This document shows positions 36,253-45,682 of a DNA stretch of 64,000 nt, piece by piece; position 1 is the first letter of the stretch; each line of letters begins with the position of its first letter. Source of the stretch: Thermoplasmata archaeon. GTDB lineage: Archaea; Thermoplasmatota; Thermoplasmata; UBA10834. The position numbers and the translations under genes are program-made. Under the pieces are notes generated by a model. That model saw only the letters and a list, made by a program, of their open reading frames with translations, did no database searches and was not told where the DNA came from. The stretch is taken from the NCBI GenBank assembly GCA_035529455.1, contig DATKWQ010000040.1:34071-98070 (forward strand), in the 5' to 3' direction.

Positions 36253-38668
36253 CTATCCTGGCCGTGCTCGTCCCGTCTGGCAGCTCCTCGACGCTGACAA
36301 CGTTGCTCATGAGGTCCTTGACGTCGTCGATGTGGGTTATGAGCATCACCTGTCTGAACTGTGTGGACAGGCCCGAGAGGGCGATCATCACGCTCCTCTT
36401 CCTGCTGGGGTCCAACGACCCGAATATCTCGTCAAGTATCAGGAAGTTGACCTGGTTGGCCCCGGTCCTCTCAGAGACCACCCTGGATATTGCGAGTCTC
36501 AGGCTCAGGTTTGCGATGTCCCCCTCCCCGCCTGAGAACCGGTCCAGCGGGTGGAACTCGCCATCGTCCTCTATGCTCATCCGGTAGTTCTCGTCGAGTG
36601 CCACCTCGGTGTACTTGCCGTCCGTCATGAGGTCGAGTATCTCGGAGGTCATCTCTCCCAGTGTCGGCGCGATTCTCCCTATCAGGTGGTCTTTGAAGCT
36701 GACGAAGACATCCTCCAGCGCCCCGAGCTCGTCCGCACGTGCTCTGTGACCAGTGACGACCTCCTTGAGACGTCGGATCTCGTCGAGCTCACGCCTCGCA
36801 GAGTCGATCTCGGCGAGCGCTCTCTCCCTGATTGCCTTCGCGTCCCCGGCCCGCTCCTTGGCGGCGCTCAGTTCCTCGCTCTTCCTTTCAAGCTCGTTCA
36901 GAGCGGCCTCGTACATCGGCTTCTTCGGATCGAGCTCCCTGACCATGGCGGAGAGTGTCTCTCCCTCCATCTGGATGCGCTTGACGGTCTCGCGTCGTTC
37001 GGCCAGGTCCGCCTTGGCGCGATCCAGTTGATTCTGCTTCTCACTCAGCTTGAGGAATTCCTCATGCCCCTTGCTCAGCCTCTCGAAGGACTCCTTCACC
37101 TCAGAGTGTCTCCCTGGAGAGTAACGGACGTCTCCCAGTTCGGCTATCGCGCGGGTCTTCTCTTTGAGCCGGTCCATGACCCTCTTCATCTCTTCGTTCA
37201 TGGATTCGGCCCTGGCAATGGCATGCCTGACCTTGGTGAGCTTGTCCTCCAGATGCCTGGTCTTCCGCTCCAGCGCCTGCATCTTGTTCTCGAGGGCATG
37301 CATCTCTCCCTGCCCTTCCTCGACGAGCCTCTCCTGCTCGCCGACAACTTCCTCCGCGGATTCGATGCTGCTGCGCAACTTGCGTACGAGCAGCGGATAG
37401 GTGTCGTGCAGATGCCTCTCGCAGGTGGGACATATCCCATCTTCTCCTGCCCTCTCGATCTCTGCGAGCTTGGCTCTATCCTTTGCCCTGGCGTCCGTCC
37501 GCTCCCCGATCCGCGCACGTGCCTTGGTGACTGCCTCCACCAAATCGCCCTTCCGCAGGTCGGATTCGGACCTGGTCTTCCTTGCATCGTCTATGCCTTC
37601 TTCCAGAGCCTTCTCCTCCTGGCGTGAGGACTCCGCCTCGGAGACGCTCTTCTTCAGCGATTCCAGCTCCGTATCTATGGCAGCCTTGTCCTTCAGCAGA
37701 TGCTCGCGTCTGTCGAAGCGCTCTTTCTCGAGTTCCATTGAGTCCCTCTCGGCCGAAGCCCTCCTCCAGTCCTCTTCGGCACGCTTCAGCTCAGCCATGT
37801 TCCCGAACGCGCCTTCCAGTTCGCGGATCCTTCGTGACAGTGATTCCTCGGATGCCTTCTGGTCCGCCAATGCCTTCCTGCTGGCGTTGAGCTCAGCCGT
37901 CGCGACACCCAGGGCTTCGAAGTCCTTCCTCAGGCTCTCCTTCTTGTCGCGGATATCGGCGGTCTCCTTGGTGAGCGCATTGACGGCTTCCTGCGCGCCC
38001 TTCAGTGACTTCTCGGCGTTCTCGTAGCTCTCCGTGAGATTCGCGGATCGGTCTGTCACGGATTTCTCGCGGTCGTTCCCGTCCGCATCCGTCAACACGC
38101 TCTCCGCTCCGCGTATTTTGTCCGACGCGGAGTTGAGATCGCTCCTTATCGACCGGATGGCCGAGTCCAGACCATCGATGCGCAGCATCCTGAGCACTAT
38201 CTCCTTGCGCTTCGCTGGCTGCAATTCCTGCAGCTCGTCGAGCTCCTTCTGCCTTGCGAACACCGAGGTGAAGAACGATTTGTAGTCCATGCCAATGAGT
38301 TTCTGTATCGTCGCTTTGACCGCCTTGTCTCCGTCCGCGATGACGTTCGTCCCCTGATGGAGGGTCGCCTTCATGGCGAGGCTGCGGCCTCCCATCTCTC
38401 GCTCGACCCTGTATTCTGCGTCATCGAGCTCGAACTCCAATACCGCCTTCACGCTGTCGCTGGATTTCGCGCCCGAGAACCGGATGCTCTCCCTGCTCGT
38501 CCTGACGACTTCCTCTTCGTTTCCGAAGAGAGCCCAGGCGATTGCCTCGATGATTGTGGTCTTCCCAGAGCCGTTGAGCCCCAGAATGCCCACGACGCCG
38601 TCCGGGAACTGAAGCTTGAGGTCTCTGAACTTCCTGTAGTTCTTGAGCTCCAGATAGCTGATCCTCAC
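36245..38668 (-). CDS. rad50: DNA double-strand break repair ATPase Rad50
   Basis: 807 aa. Walker A GLNGSGKTT near the N-terminus, long coiled coil with a central zinc hook CPTCERHL, and the C-terminal signature/Walker B/D-loop region (SGGE...LILDE). Overlaps the mre11 stop by 4 bp. Confidence 0.85.
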   Translation of the reverse strand: MRISYLELKNYRKFRDLKLQFPDGVVGILGLNGSGKTTIIEAIAWALFGNEEEVVRTSRESIRFSGAKSSDSVKAVLEFELDDAEYRVEREMGGRSLAMKATLHQGTNVIADGDKAVKATIQKLIGMDYKSFFTSVFARQKELDELQELQPAKRKEIVLRMLRIDGLDSAIRSIRSDLNSASDKIRGAESVLTDADGNDREKSVTDRSANLTESYENAEKSLKGAQEAVNALTKETADIRDKKESLRKDFEALGVATAELNASRKALADQKASEESLSRRIRELEGAFGNMAELKRAEEDWRRASAERDSMELEKERFDRREHLLKDKAAIDTELESLKKSVSEAESSRQEEKALEEGIDDARKTRSESDLRKGDLVEAVTKARARIGERTDARAKDRAKLAEIERAGEDGICPTCERHLHDTYPLLVRKLRSSIESAEEVVGEQERLVEEGQGEMHALENKMQALERKTRHLEDKLTKVRHAIARAESMNEEMKRVMDRLKEKTRAIAELGDVRYSPGRHSEVKESFERLSKGHEEFLKLSEKQNQLDRAKADLAERRETVKRIQMEGETLSAMVRELDPKKPMYEAALNELERKSEELSAAKERAGDAKAIRERALAEIDSARRELDEIRRLKEVVTGHRARADELGALEDVFVSFKDHLIGRIAPTLGEMTSEILDLMTDGKYTEVALDENYRMSIEDDGEFHPLDRFSGGEGDIANLSLRLAISRVVSERTGANQVNFLILDEIFGSLDPSRKRSVMIALSGLSTQFRQVMLITHIDDVKDLMSNVVSVEELPDGTSTARIVS

Positions 38669-39777
38669 TCGCTCCCCTCCGTGAGATACGACCCGCCCAG
38701 CTCAAGCAATCTCTTCTTCCTATCGTCCGGTAAGTTCAGGCCGTCGACGAACAAGCCATATTCCCGTTCGAGGGAGCCGATAGTCGAATCCCCCACTTCT
38801 CGGAGCAGCCCGCTGGCGACTCTCTCTATCTTGAGGTCGAAGTGCAGCGCGCTCGAAGCCATCCTCCTCAGAGACGCCGTGTCGAGTGAACGCGCGACAT
38901 CGGGCCGCACATTGCGGACTGTGAGACGAGCTATGGCCCCTTCGAGAGGAGACTCATCGAGCCGCGACCTGACTGCTGCGGACAATTCCATCGCCATGAG
39001 GTCTTGAGCGTCGATGGGTTCGATGTCGTACATGTTCCTGACATCAAGCTCGTGAAACTCGGTGGTTCCTCTGTCCAGGTCCACCTCGACTATTCCCTTC
39101 CGCTGGCCGACCTCTCCGAACCCCAGCCGCTCGGTCGATCCAGAATAGTACATGCCCTTCCTGAGCTCCGCGAACTCATGATAATGGCCGAGAGCGACGT
39201 AGTCCATTTCAGTAGGGATGTCGTCAGATTTGATCAGCTGTTGGTTGATGTGGTCCGTCCTGAACCTGCTCGAGCCTTCGATGCCTGCGTGCATGACCAG
39301 TACATTGTGCCGTGTATGCTTCGACAGTTGAACGCGAGACAGGACTTCTTTCATAGGCGGGGTCGCCGAGTGGGGGATGGCGTGTATCGTCGCGTCCCCC
39401 ACCACGACCTCGGCAACACCCGGCTCGTGGATTGGATGGATCCCGTCCAGGTGCTCGAATATGCGGAAGATGTTGCCCGTCTCCCTCATCTTCGGCGTCG
39501 AGTGGTTACCGCTTATCAGCACGATCTCCGTCCCTGACTCTGACAGCCTTATGAGCTGCTTGAGTGCGACGTCTATCGCCCTGTTCTGAGGCCTCACACC
39601 GTCGAACAAGTCGCCCGCGTGGACGACGACGTCTGGCTTGAGCGCTATGATCTTGTCCACCGCCTGGGAGAACACACGGTAGAAGTCGGCCTCCCTCTGG
39701 TTGATGCCCCAGTCTGGGTCTGACCTGGAATAGGCAAAGAATCCCAAATGGGTGTCCGATATGTGCACCAACCTCAC
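38665..39777 (-). CDS. mre11: DNA repair nuclease Mre11 (calcineurin-like phosphoesterase)
   Basis: 370 aa. The N-terminal LVHISDTHLG...VVHAGDLFD...GNHS phosphoesterase motifs are typical of Mre11. Confidence 0.85.
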   Translation of the reverse strand: MRLVHISDTHLGFFAYSRSDPDWGINQREADFYRVFSQAVDKIIALKPDVVVHAGDLFDGVRPQNRAIDVALKQLIRLSESGTEIVLISGNHSTPKMRETGNIFRIFEHLDGIHPIHEPGVAEVVVGDATIHAIPHSATPPMKEVLSRVQLSKHTRHNVLVMHAGIEGSSRFRTDHINQQLIKSDDIPTEMDYVALGHYHEFAELRKGMYYSGSTERLGFGEVGQRKGIVEVDLDRGTTEFHELDVRNMYDIEPIDAQDLMAMELSAAVRSRLDESPLEGAIARLTVRNVRPDVARSLDTASLRRMASSALHFDLKIERVASGLLREVGDSTIGSLEREYGLFVDGLNLPDDRKKRLLELGGSYLTEGSE

Positions 39778-39971
39778 GCCGAGTTCACCTTCTGGAAGAT
39801 GTGCCTTGTCGGGATGGCATTTGAATGGCTATTGCTGGCTTGGAAGCCATCCGCATCCCGTTCTCCCCTTCGTCTCGAATGTCGCTCAGAGTATTGAGCT
39901 TATTGCCTGCACGAAACTGAAAGTACTGCTGCCGTGAAACATAAATCGGCGAACCTGCATGGAAGGCGTAG

Positions 39972-40892
39972 ATGGCAGGCGACCTGATTGCGTTGGATCC
40001 TCTCTCCGGCGATCGTACCGTGAGAGCGAAGGTGTTCGGCATAGGCAGCGCTGGCTGCAGCATGATCTCTCAGTCTGCGATGCCCTCGGTAGCCTTCTCA
40101 ACGTCTGGGGCCGACCTCGAACGTTCCTGTGCAGCGGTGAGGTCGTTGATAACCCCTCAGAAGCTAGTCGGGCTCTTTCAGTCTGATCCAGCGGTCCTCA
40201 GCCAGTCACCATCGGTCGCGGGAGACGAGCTGCACAGGCTGTTCAAGGACACGGATATCGCATTCCTGATGGCAGGTCTCGGAGGTGTCAGTGGCAGCCT
40301 GGGAACAGCGGTTCTCGGGCAGTTGGCCAAGAGCAACGGGGCGCTGTCCGTCTCGCTTGTCGCGTCGCCTTTCTCGGCGGAGAGCGAGCGACGGAGGGAA
40401 TTCGGAGCTAAGTGCCTGCGCAGGATTGTGAGCAGCACGGATGCATGCGTCGCCTTCGGAAACGACGCCCTCTCCGACTTGGCACCGACGCTGCCGCTCT
40501 CCAAGGCGTTTGCGGTCATGAACGGCATAATGCACCGGCCCATGCTGGATATGGCCAAGATTCTGGATGTGCGAGGCCTGAGGACCTTCAGGCGGGTCGT
40601 CGGCGAAACACGCTACGCCCGCTTCGGCCTTGGTCTTGGAAGGGGTGATGAGCGCGTGCTGCGCGCAGTCGATGAGGCCTTCAGCTCCCCTTGGTTTGAT
40701 TTCGACACGCGAGGGACGGCCGCTGCCATCGCGGTATACTCCGCCGCTGATCCGTGGGACAGAGAGCAAACGAGGATGATTGAACAGGTTCAGCAGAGAC
40801 TCGGCGATGCGAATGTTCTCTATAGCAGTTATCCGGACGAGAACCTCGGAGACCGGATACGCCTCAGTCTCTTACTGTTCAGAAAACTGTGA
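39972..40892 (+). CDS. Divergent FtsZ/tubulin-superfamily GTPase-like protein (non-canonical signature motif)
   Basis: 306 aa. AKVFGIGSAGCSMISQ resembles the FtsZ N-terminal G-box. MAGLGGVSGSLGTAVLGQLAK sits where the tubulin signature GGGTGSG is expected, but is degenerate. FGNDALSDL resembles the FtsZ NDxL motif. Confidence 0.45.
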   Translation: MAGDLIALDPLSGDRTVRAKVFGIGSAGCSMISQSAMPSVAFSTSGADLERSCAAVRSLITPQKLVGLFQSDPAVLSQSPSVAGDELHRLFKDTDIAFLMAGLGGVSGSLGTAVLGQLAKSNGALSVSLVASPFSAESERRREFGAKCLRRIVSSTDACVAFGNDALSDLAPTLPLSKAFAVMNGIMHRPMLDMAKILDVRGLRTFRRVVGETRYARFGLGLGRGDERVLRAVDEAFSSPWFDFDTRGTAAAIAVYSAADPWDREQTRMIEQVQQRLGDANVLYSSYPDENLGDRIRLSLLLFRKL

Positions 40893-41073
40893 ATCGTCCG
40901 CGTCGGTGGCCTCGTGAGCGATTCATGAGACATACTCGTTCGGGCTACTGACCGAAACAACTATTAACGATGTATTTTGATTGCGGCCCGTCTCGAATAA
41001 CAGGATAGGTCAGTACGCATGCTTTCTTCGAACTGATCGAATGCGATGCGAGACACGAGTGTGGAGGGGAAAG

Positions 41074-42630
41074 ATGAGTAAATACGGAGTATCCGCCGCG
41101 CTAGCAGTGCTTGTTTTGGCAATGGCAGCGCTATCGGTCCCGATGGTCGCGAAGCAAGATGGAGGAGGTCCGCCCAACACGGGCGACACCGTCACTTTGT
41201 ATCTCTGCGGGACACCGAGAGAAATGGGAATGCAGTATGGAAAATACGCCAGCGACGCGATCGCTGTGAATGTTGATGCGGTCTGGGACTGGGCAGCATC
41301 CGAGGGCATGGATGTCGATGACATGGTTGCGACAGCTCTCGCAGCTGAGCAGTACATGACTGCTGACATGATAGAGCAGCTGCAGGGCATGTCCGAGACA
41401 TCGGGAGTATCGTACCATGATCTCCTCGTGCTGAACGTCTACGACGACGGCGGCAGCGAGCAGAAGGCGTGCACGAACTTCGCTGCCGCAGGGTCCGGCA
41501 CTTTCGACGGGCAGGCGTTGTCTTCCAAGAACAGGGATTTGAACAACATCCAAGTGCTCCTCGTCGTTGAGCCCTTGAATGGCTACAAGTTCTTCGGCAT
41601 GATGTCCGCTGGCGCATTGGGTATCGCGCAGGGCATCAACGAGAAGGGCTTGGCTATCGGTCACACCTGGATGCCGGTTCCGGAATACGACGAGTCCGGG
41701 TTGCCACCGTTCATCGTGAACCAGCTGGTCATGGAGAACTGTGCTGATGTACCTGAGGCCATTGCGTACATCGATGACGCCGTCAAGAGGGAGGGCGCGA
41801 CATTCGGCATCTCCGACTCGAATGTAGCTGCGTTCGTAGAATCCGTGCCCACCATGTATGCGGCGGTCTACGGAAACGACATCGCGGTCGAAGTCATAGA
41901 GAACGGTGTGTCGGCCCACACGAACCAGTACATGTTCGAGCCGTTCTACACCGCCGTCATAGAGGACGGGTTCGGATACATGTGGACACCATCCTACGCC
42001 AGATACGACCGTGCGTTCGAGCTCATCGCCGAGAATCCAGTGGTGGACGTCGCCATGATACAGGAGTTCACAAGGGACCTTGAGAACTGGGGTGTCGGCT
42101 CGCCAGCTGAGGTTACCGACGCACACCCGGAGATCCCTGAGGATTGCTGGACCGGCGGATGGCCAGGCTACTCGATATGTAACGCGCGGACTGTGAGCGC
42201 CTCGGTCTTCACGACTGACAAGCAGTACCCCGAGTACCTGTCGGTCATGTATATGGCGATAAACAACCCGGCGTGGGCGCCCTATGTGCCAGTGCACAAC
42301 GGCATGCTCCAGGAGCCGGAGCAGGCATCTGAGGCGTTCGAGATGTACATCGACGGCCGTGCATGGGCCCTCTCAATGCAGCTCAGGAGCCTGGGCGACT
42401 GGGGAGACCTCATCCCGACCTTCGAGGCATGGGAGTCCGAATGGTTCGTCGAGACGGCAGCGACCGAGAGCTTTGCGCGCAAGATGCTGGACGCGGGCAA
42501 GGTCGACAAGGCCGTTGACGCCATCACGAGCACCGACTGTGGGATAGCGACGGAGGCCATCGGGCTGATGATCGCGTTGCTTGAGTCGCAGTACGGGACT
42601 GAACTCGTGGCGGTTCCCGTCGAAGCATGA
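41074..42630 (+). CDS. Secreted Ntn-hydrolase-like protein (peptidase C45 / acyl-CoA:6-APA acyltransferase-like)
   Basis: ORF 40981..42630. Start at the ATG at 41074, preceded by GGAGGGGA, then a signal peptide. KACTNFAAAGSG gives a candidate autoproteolytic Cys nucleophile, as in the C45/choloylglycine-hydrolase Ntn families. Confidence 0.5.
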   Translation: MSKYGVSAALAVLVLAMAALSVPMVAKQDGGGPPNTGDTVTLYLCGTPREMGMQYGKYASDAIAVNVDAVWDWAASEGMDVDDMVATALAAEQYMTADMIEQLQGMSETSGVSYHDLLVLNVYDDGGSEQKACTNFAAAGSGTFDGQALSSKNRDLNNIQVLLVVEPLNGYKFFGMMSAGALGIAQGINEKGLAIGHTWMPVPEYDESGLPPFIVNQLVMENCADVPEAIAYIDDAVKREGATFGISDSNVAAFVESVPTMYAAVYGNDIAVEVIENGVSAHTNQYMFEPFYTAVIEDGFGYMWTPSYARYDRAFELIAENPVVDVAMIQEFTRDLENWGVGSPAEVTDAHPEIPEDCWTGGWPGYSICNARTVSASVFTTDKQYPEYLSVMYMAINNPAWAPYVPVHNGMLQEPEQASEAFEMYIDGRAWALSMQLRSLGDWGDLIPTFEAWESEWFVETAATESFARKMLDAGKVDKAVDAITSTDCGIATEAIGLMIALLESQYGTELVAVPVEA

Positions 42631-42790
42631 GACTCTGGGAAACCGGAACCCGTCAGCTCCGCACCTTCATCGGTGCGGTCTGACGGTAAAACACCTTATC
42701 TTGTTCTTTATCGTGTTTCTGATCCAGGCAGGTCAACGGTGGCATGTGTCCCCCCACGTCGTTCTTCGCTACTGCCTGGACCGGGCGGAT

Positions 42791-43126
42791 CTACACCTTC
42801 TCCATGAAGTACACAGTGACTGTGTTATCGGGCTTAGGCTGTTCTGAGAACTTGTAGAGCTTCCCAAGCTTGTTTATGAGCTTCTGCCTGGTCTCTCCAG
42901 GCGCCGCCTCAAGGTCGTACTCCAGAAAGCTGAATGGAAGGTCCTTGAACTTCCACGTGCACGCCAGAAGTACCCTGGCCTTGAACTTCTTCTTCGGGCT
43001 GACCACTTCCACTGTCTCATCTGGAGTGAACTTGAGGTCACCAGCATTATGAACGCGCATGGTGGCGAACATCCTGTCGTTCAACTTCTTCCAGTCTCTT
43101 GAGAAATTCATCGTTCTTGGCTTCAT
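42791..43126 (-). CDS. Small hypothetical protein (possible PUA/ASCH-like fold)
   Basis: 111 aa, soluble. Weak family assignment. Confidence 0.3.
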   Translation of the reverse strand: MKPRTMNFSRDWKKLNDRMFATMRVHNAGDLKFTPDETVEVVSPKKKFKARVLLACTWKFKDLPFSFLEYDLEAAPGETRQKLINKLGKLYKFSEQPKPDNTVTVYFMEKV

Positions 43127-43291
43127 ATGGGGTTCCTCATCCCCTGAGTTGTCCGTCCACCTTCTTAATCGTTGTCAGGGAACAACAAATCATCCCGCCG
43201 AAACCATCAGCAGAAGGCGCTTCTGGCAGCCTTTTCTCGACATGGAATTACGAAGTCCGGTGAGCTCTGCGTGTGATAGCTCAGGTCAGAA

Positions 43292-44086
43292 TCAGTGGCC
43301 CAGGCCAGCGAAAGCCCTGAGCGCCTCCTCCTCCATGAAGTGGAGCTTTCCAGGAACGACCAGTGTGTGCAGCGGCGGTCCGAAGGAGCGGGTGCGCATG
43401 TCTTTCAGCATACCAGCGGCGACTTGGCAATCTGGCCAACCCGCTCGGGCGACAACCGCTACGAGCAGATCGTCGCCCATCTTCTCCGAAACGCCGAGCT
43501 TATCCGCCATCTCCCCCAGCACGTCCATACCCTCGCTCGCAGTCATGTAACGGTCGTTCTCGGAGTCGATGTCCAGTAACACCAGCGAATGCAATCCTCT
43601 CTCCAGGTTGTCCATTATTATCTCACATGGGCTGGTGGGCAGATAGCCTTCCCGAGGGAAGGGCAGAGTGGTGGTCCTGCCAAGTTTGTAATGTTGAAGT
43701 CCAAGGAGTCCCGGCACGGCAGTTAACACGGATGATGCATGGATGATGCCCGTCTCAATCGACTCTTTCGCTGCGCGCAGCCTCAGGTCGATGTGTGTCG
43801 TGGCTGTCATCGGATCACCCGCCACCAGGAAGGCGACTCGGCCGTCCCTGCACGATTCGATTATGCGGGAGCCGTCCTCGACCTCCTTCCTCGTCAGCAT
43901 CACTATCTCTCTTTCGATGGCCTTCTCCAGCCTGGAGATCGCGTCGTTTGAGAGTCGCGATGTGTAATGCTCCGCGAAGACAATGTCGGCCTCTCGGATC
44001 TCGTCCATCCCCCGGGCAGTGATGTCCCTCTCGTCGTGGAGACCCAGCCCTATGAGCGTCAGCCTCATGTTCTTCTTGTCCGCCAT
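43292..44086 (-). CDS. dph5: Diphthine synthase (Dph5)
   Basis: LIGLGL.DERDIT..G...I..AD.V..E.YTS, GDPMTATTH and a tetrapyrrole-methylase fold match Dph5. The start may be the internal MRLTLIG at 44068. Confidence 0.85.
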   Translation of the reverse strand: MADKKNMRLTLIGLGLHDERDITARGMDEIREADIVFAEHYTSRLSNDAISRLEKAIEREIVMLTRKEVEDGSRIIESCRDGRVAFLVAGDPMTATTHIDLRLRAAKESIETGIIHASSVLTAVPGLLGLQHYKLGRTTTLPFPREGYLPTSPCEIIMDNLERGLHSLVLLDIDSENDRYMTASEGMDVLGEMADKLGVSEKMGDDLLVAVVARAGWPDCQVAAGMLKDMRTRSFGPPLHTLVVPGKLHFMEEEALRAFAGLGH

Positions 44087-44120
44087 GCGTATCCGTCATG
44101 GGAATTGCTGGCAGAGGTAA

Positions 44121-45191
44121 TTGTACTCTTCTGCCGCCAACGCGACCCCAGTCCTTATCTATCTCAGACGCCGATTTGTCGCCCGCATGGAATCCATCTG
44201 CGTCGTCGTCCCGAAGAAGAAGGCGGAGCCTGTGAGGCGCAAGCTCGCCTCAAAGGGGATTCTCAAGCGCGGGCTTCATATACGTTCTGACGCGAAGAAC
44301 GTTTACCTGCCAGTGTCGCAGAGGGTCGATGTGGGCTACCCGATAGAGACACGCGATTTCGATGAGGCGGAGGACCAGATCAAGGATTTCAGGGTCCTCG
44401 TCGATGTGCCGGACGATCTCCGCCAGTCTCTTCCATCCTCATACGACGTCCTGGGGTCAATAGCCATCGTGAAGATGTCCGACGAGGTGCTTCCGTTCGC
44501 TGGCGACATAGGACGTGCAATCATCGCTACGCAGAAGTCCGTGCGAACCGTGTGCCTGGACGCGGGCGTGGCCGATGAGTTTCGAACGAGAGGAGTGAAG
44601 GTCGTCGCCGGCGAGAAGTCGACGGAGACAGCTCACCGCGAGTACGGTCTGACGTTCAAGATGGATGTGGCGAAGGTGTTCTTCTCGCCGAGGCTGGCGA
44701 CGGAGCGGGTGATAGTCGCGGAGCAGGTCTCCCCTGACGAGGTGGTGATCGACATGTTCGCAGGCATAGGGCCGTTCTCCATCCTCATCGCTAAGACCCG
44801 CGAACCAAAGATGGTGTACGCCATCGACTCCAACCCTGACGCGATCAGATTCATGGAGGAGAATATCGAGTTGAACCATGTCGGTGCCGTCAAACCAGTG
44901 CATGGCGACGCGCGTGAGGAGGTCGCGAAGCTCGGGCAGGCCGACAGGATAATCATGAACCTCCCTCACAGTGCCTACGACTTCCTACCCGAGGCAATCA
45001 GAGCGCTGAGGCCAGGTGGTGTGATACACTACTACGAGATAATGGAAGAGTCTGAACTCGATAGACGGATGAACGACATGAGGGTAATCGCAGTAACGGA
45101 GGGCCGAGCCATCAAACCCCTCGCACGGCGAAAGGTCAAGAGCTACTCGCCATCTCTCAACTTCTACGCCTTCGACCTGTCGTTCATCTGA
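44121..45191 (+). CDS. tRNA (guanine37-N1)-methyltransferase Trm5 / Taw22-like (Met-10+ family)
   Basis: VIDMFAGIGPFSILIAK...AIDSNPDA...NL is the class-I SAM MTase core typical of archaeal Trm5. The start is possibly MESICVVV at 44187. Confidence 0.7.
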   Translation: MYSSAANATPVLIYLRRRFVARMESICVVVPKKKAEPVRRKLASKGILKRGLHIRSDAKNVYLPVSQRVDVGYPIETRDFDEAEDQIKDFRVLVDVPDDLRQSLPSSYDVLGSIAIVKMSDEVLPFAGDIGRAIIATQKSVRTVCLDAGVADEFRTRGVKVVAGEKSTETAHREYGLTFKMDVAKVFFSPRLATERVIVAEQVSPDEVVIDMFAGIGPFSILIAKTREPKMVYAIDSNPDAIRFMEENIELNHVGAVKPVHGDAREEVAKLGQADRIIMNLPHSAYDFLPEAIRALRPGGVIHYYEIMEESELDRRMNDMRVIAVTEGRAIKPLARRKVKSYSPSLNFYAFDLSFI

Positions 45192-45676
45192 CCGTCCGTC
45201 GGCGCGAGCGTTATGCCTCTCTGTCCCTGGTAGTTGCCGGACCGTTTGTCGTAGCTCTTGGACGCTGCCGAACGCATCTCCTCGAAGACAACTTGGGCGA
45301 ACCTGTCGCCTATTGGGATGGCCACGGGTTCGGCAGAGGCGTTAAATGCTGAAAAGGTCAGATTACCATTGAAACCAGCGTCTATTCGTCCAAAAGAGGA
45401 CAGTATGCCCTTCCGGACCCAGGTGGTCCTTATCCATATCCCACCGACGATGTCCGACGGCAGCTCGAGGAACTCCTTCGTGCCGACGACGAACCACTCT
45501 CGTCCCGGGACCATCGCGGTGCCCTCAGTGAATCGCGAGTCCTCTGCAGGCACCCATATCTCCTCGATCGTCACGTCGTAGCCGTTCGGGGTAAGGTTCT
45601 GCTCGCGAAAGTCTCCGATCCTAAGGGAATCATCTTTGAGCAGTCTGAGTATGTCAGAATCCGACAACACTGCCAT
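45164..45676 (-). CDS. dcd: dCTP deaminase (dUTPase superfamily)
   Basis: 170 aa. MAVLSDSDILRL N-terminus and GRIDAGFNGNLT (IDAGFxG) match Dcd. Confidence 0.7.
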   Translation of the reverse strand: MAVLSDSDILRLLKDDSLRIGDFREQNLTPNGYDVTIEEIWVPAEDSRFTEGTAMVPGREWFVVGTKEFLELPSDIVGGIWIRTTWVRKGILSSFGRIDAGFNGNLTFSAFNASAEPVAIPIGDRFAQVVFEEMRSAASKSYDKRSGNYQGQRGITLAPTDGQMNDRSKA

Positions 45677-45682
45677 TCCTGT

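Noticed and set aside
36551-37627. 358-aa plus-strand ORF antisense to rad50 (and 37401..38027, 38357..39007)
   Set aside because: Leu/Arg-rich low-complexity translation of the reverse strand of a coiled-coil gene. rad50 on the minus strand has a Walker A motif, a zinc hook and a signature motif.
39778-39971. Looked for herA/nurA or a regulatory gene between mre11 and the FtsZ-like gene
   Set aside because: Only a 190-bp intergenic region with short spurious ORFs. No coding potential supported.
41131-42297. 388-aa minus-strand ORF antisense to the Ntn-hydrolase gene
   Set aside because: No motifs and His/Arg/Val-rich composition. The plus-strand gene has an RBS, a signal peptide and a candidate nucleophile.
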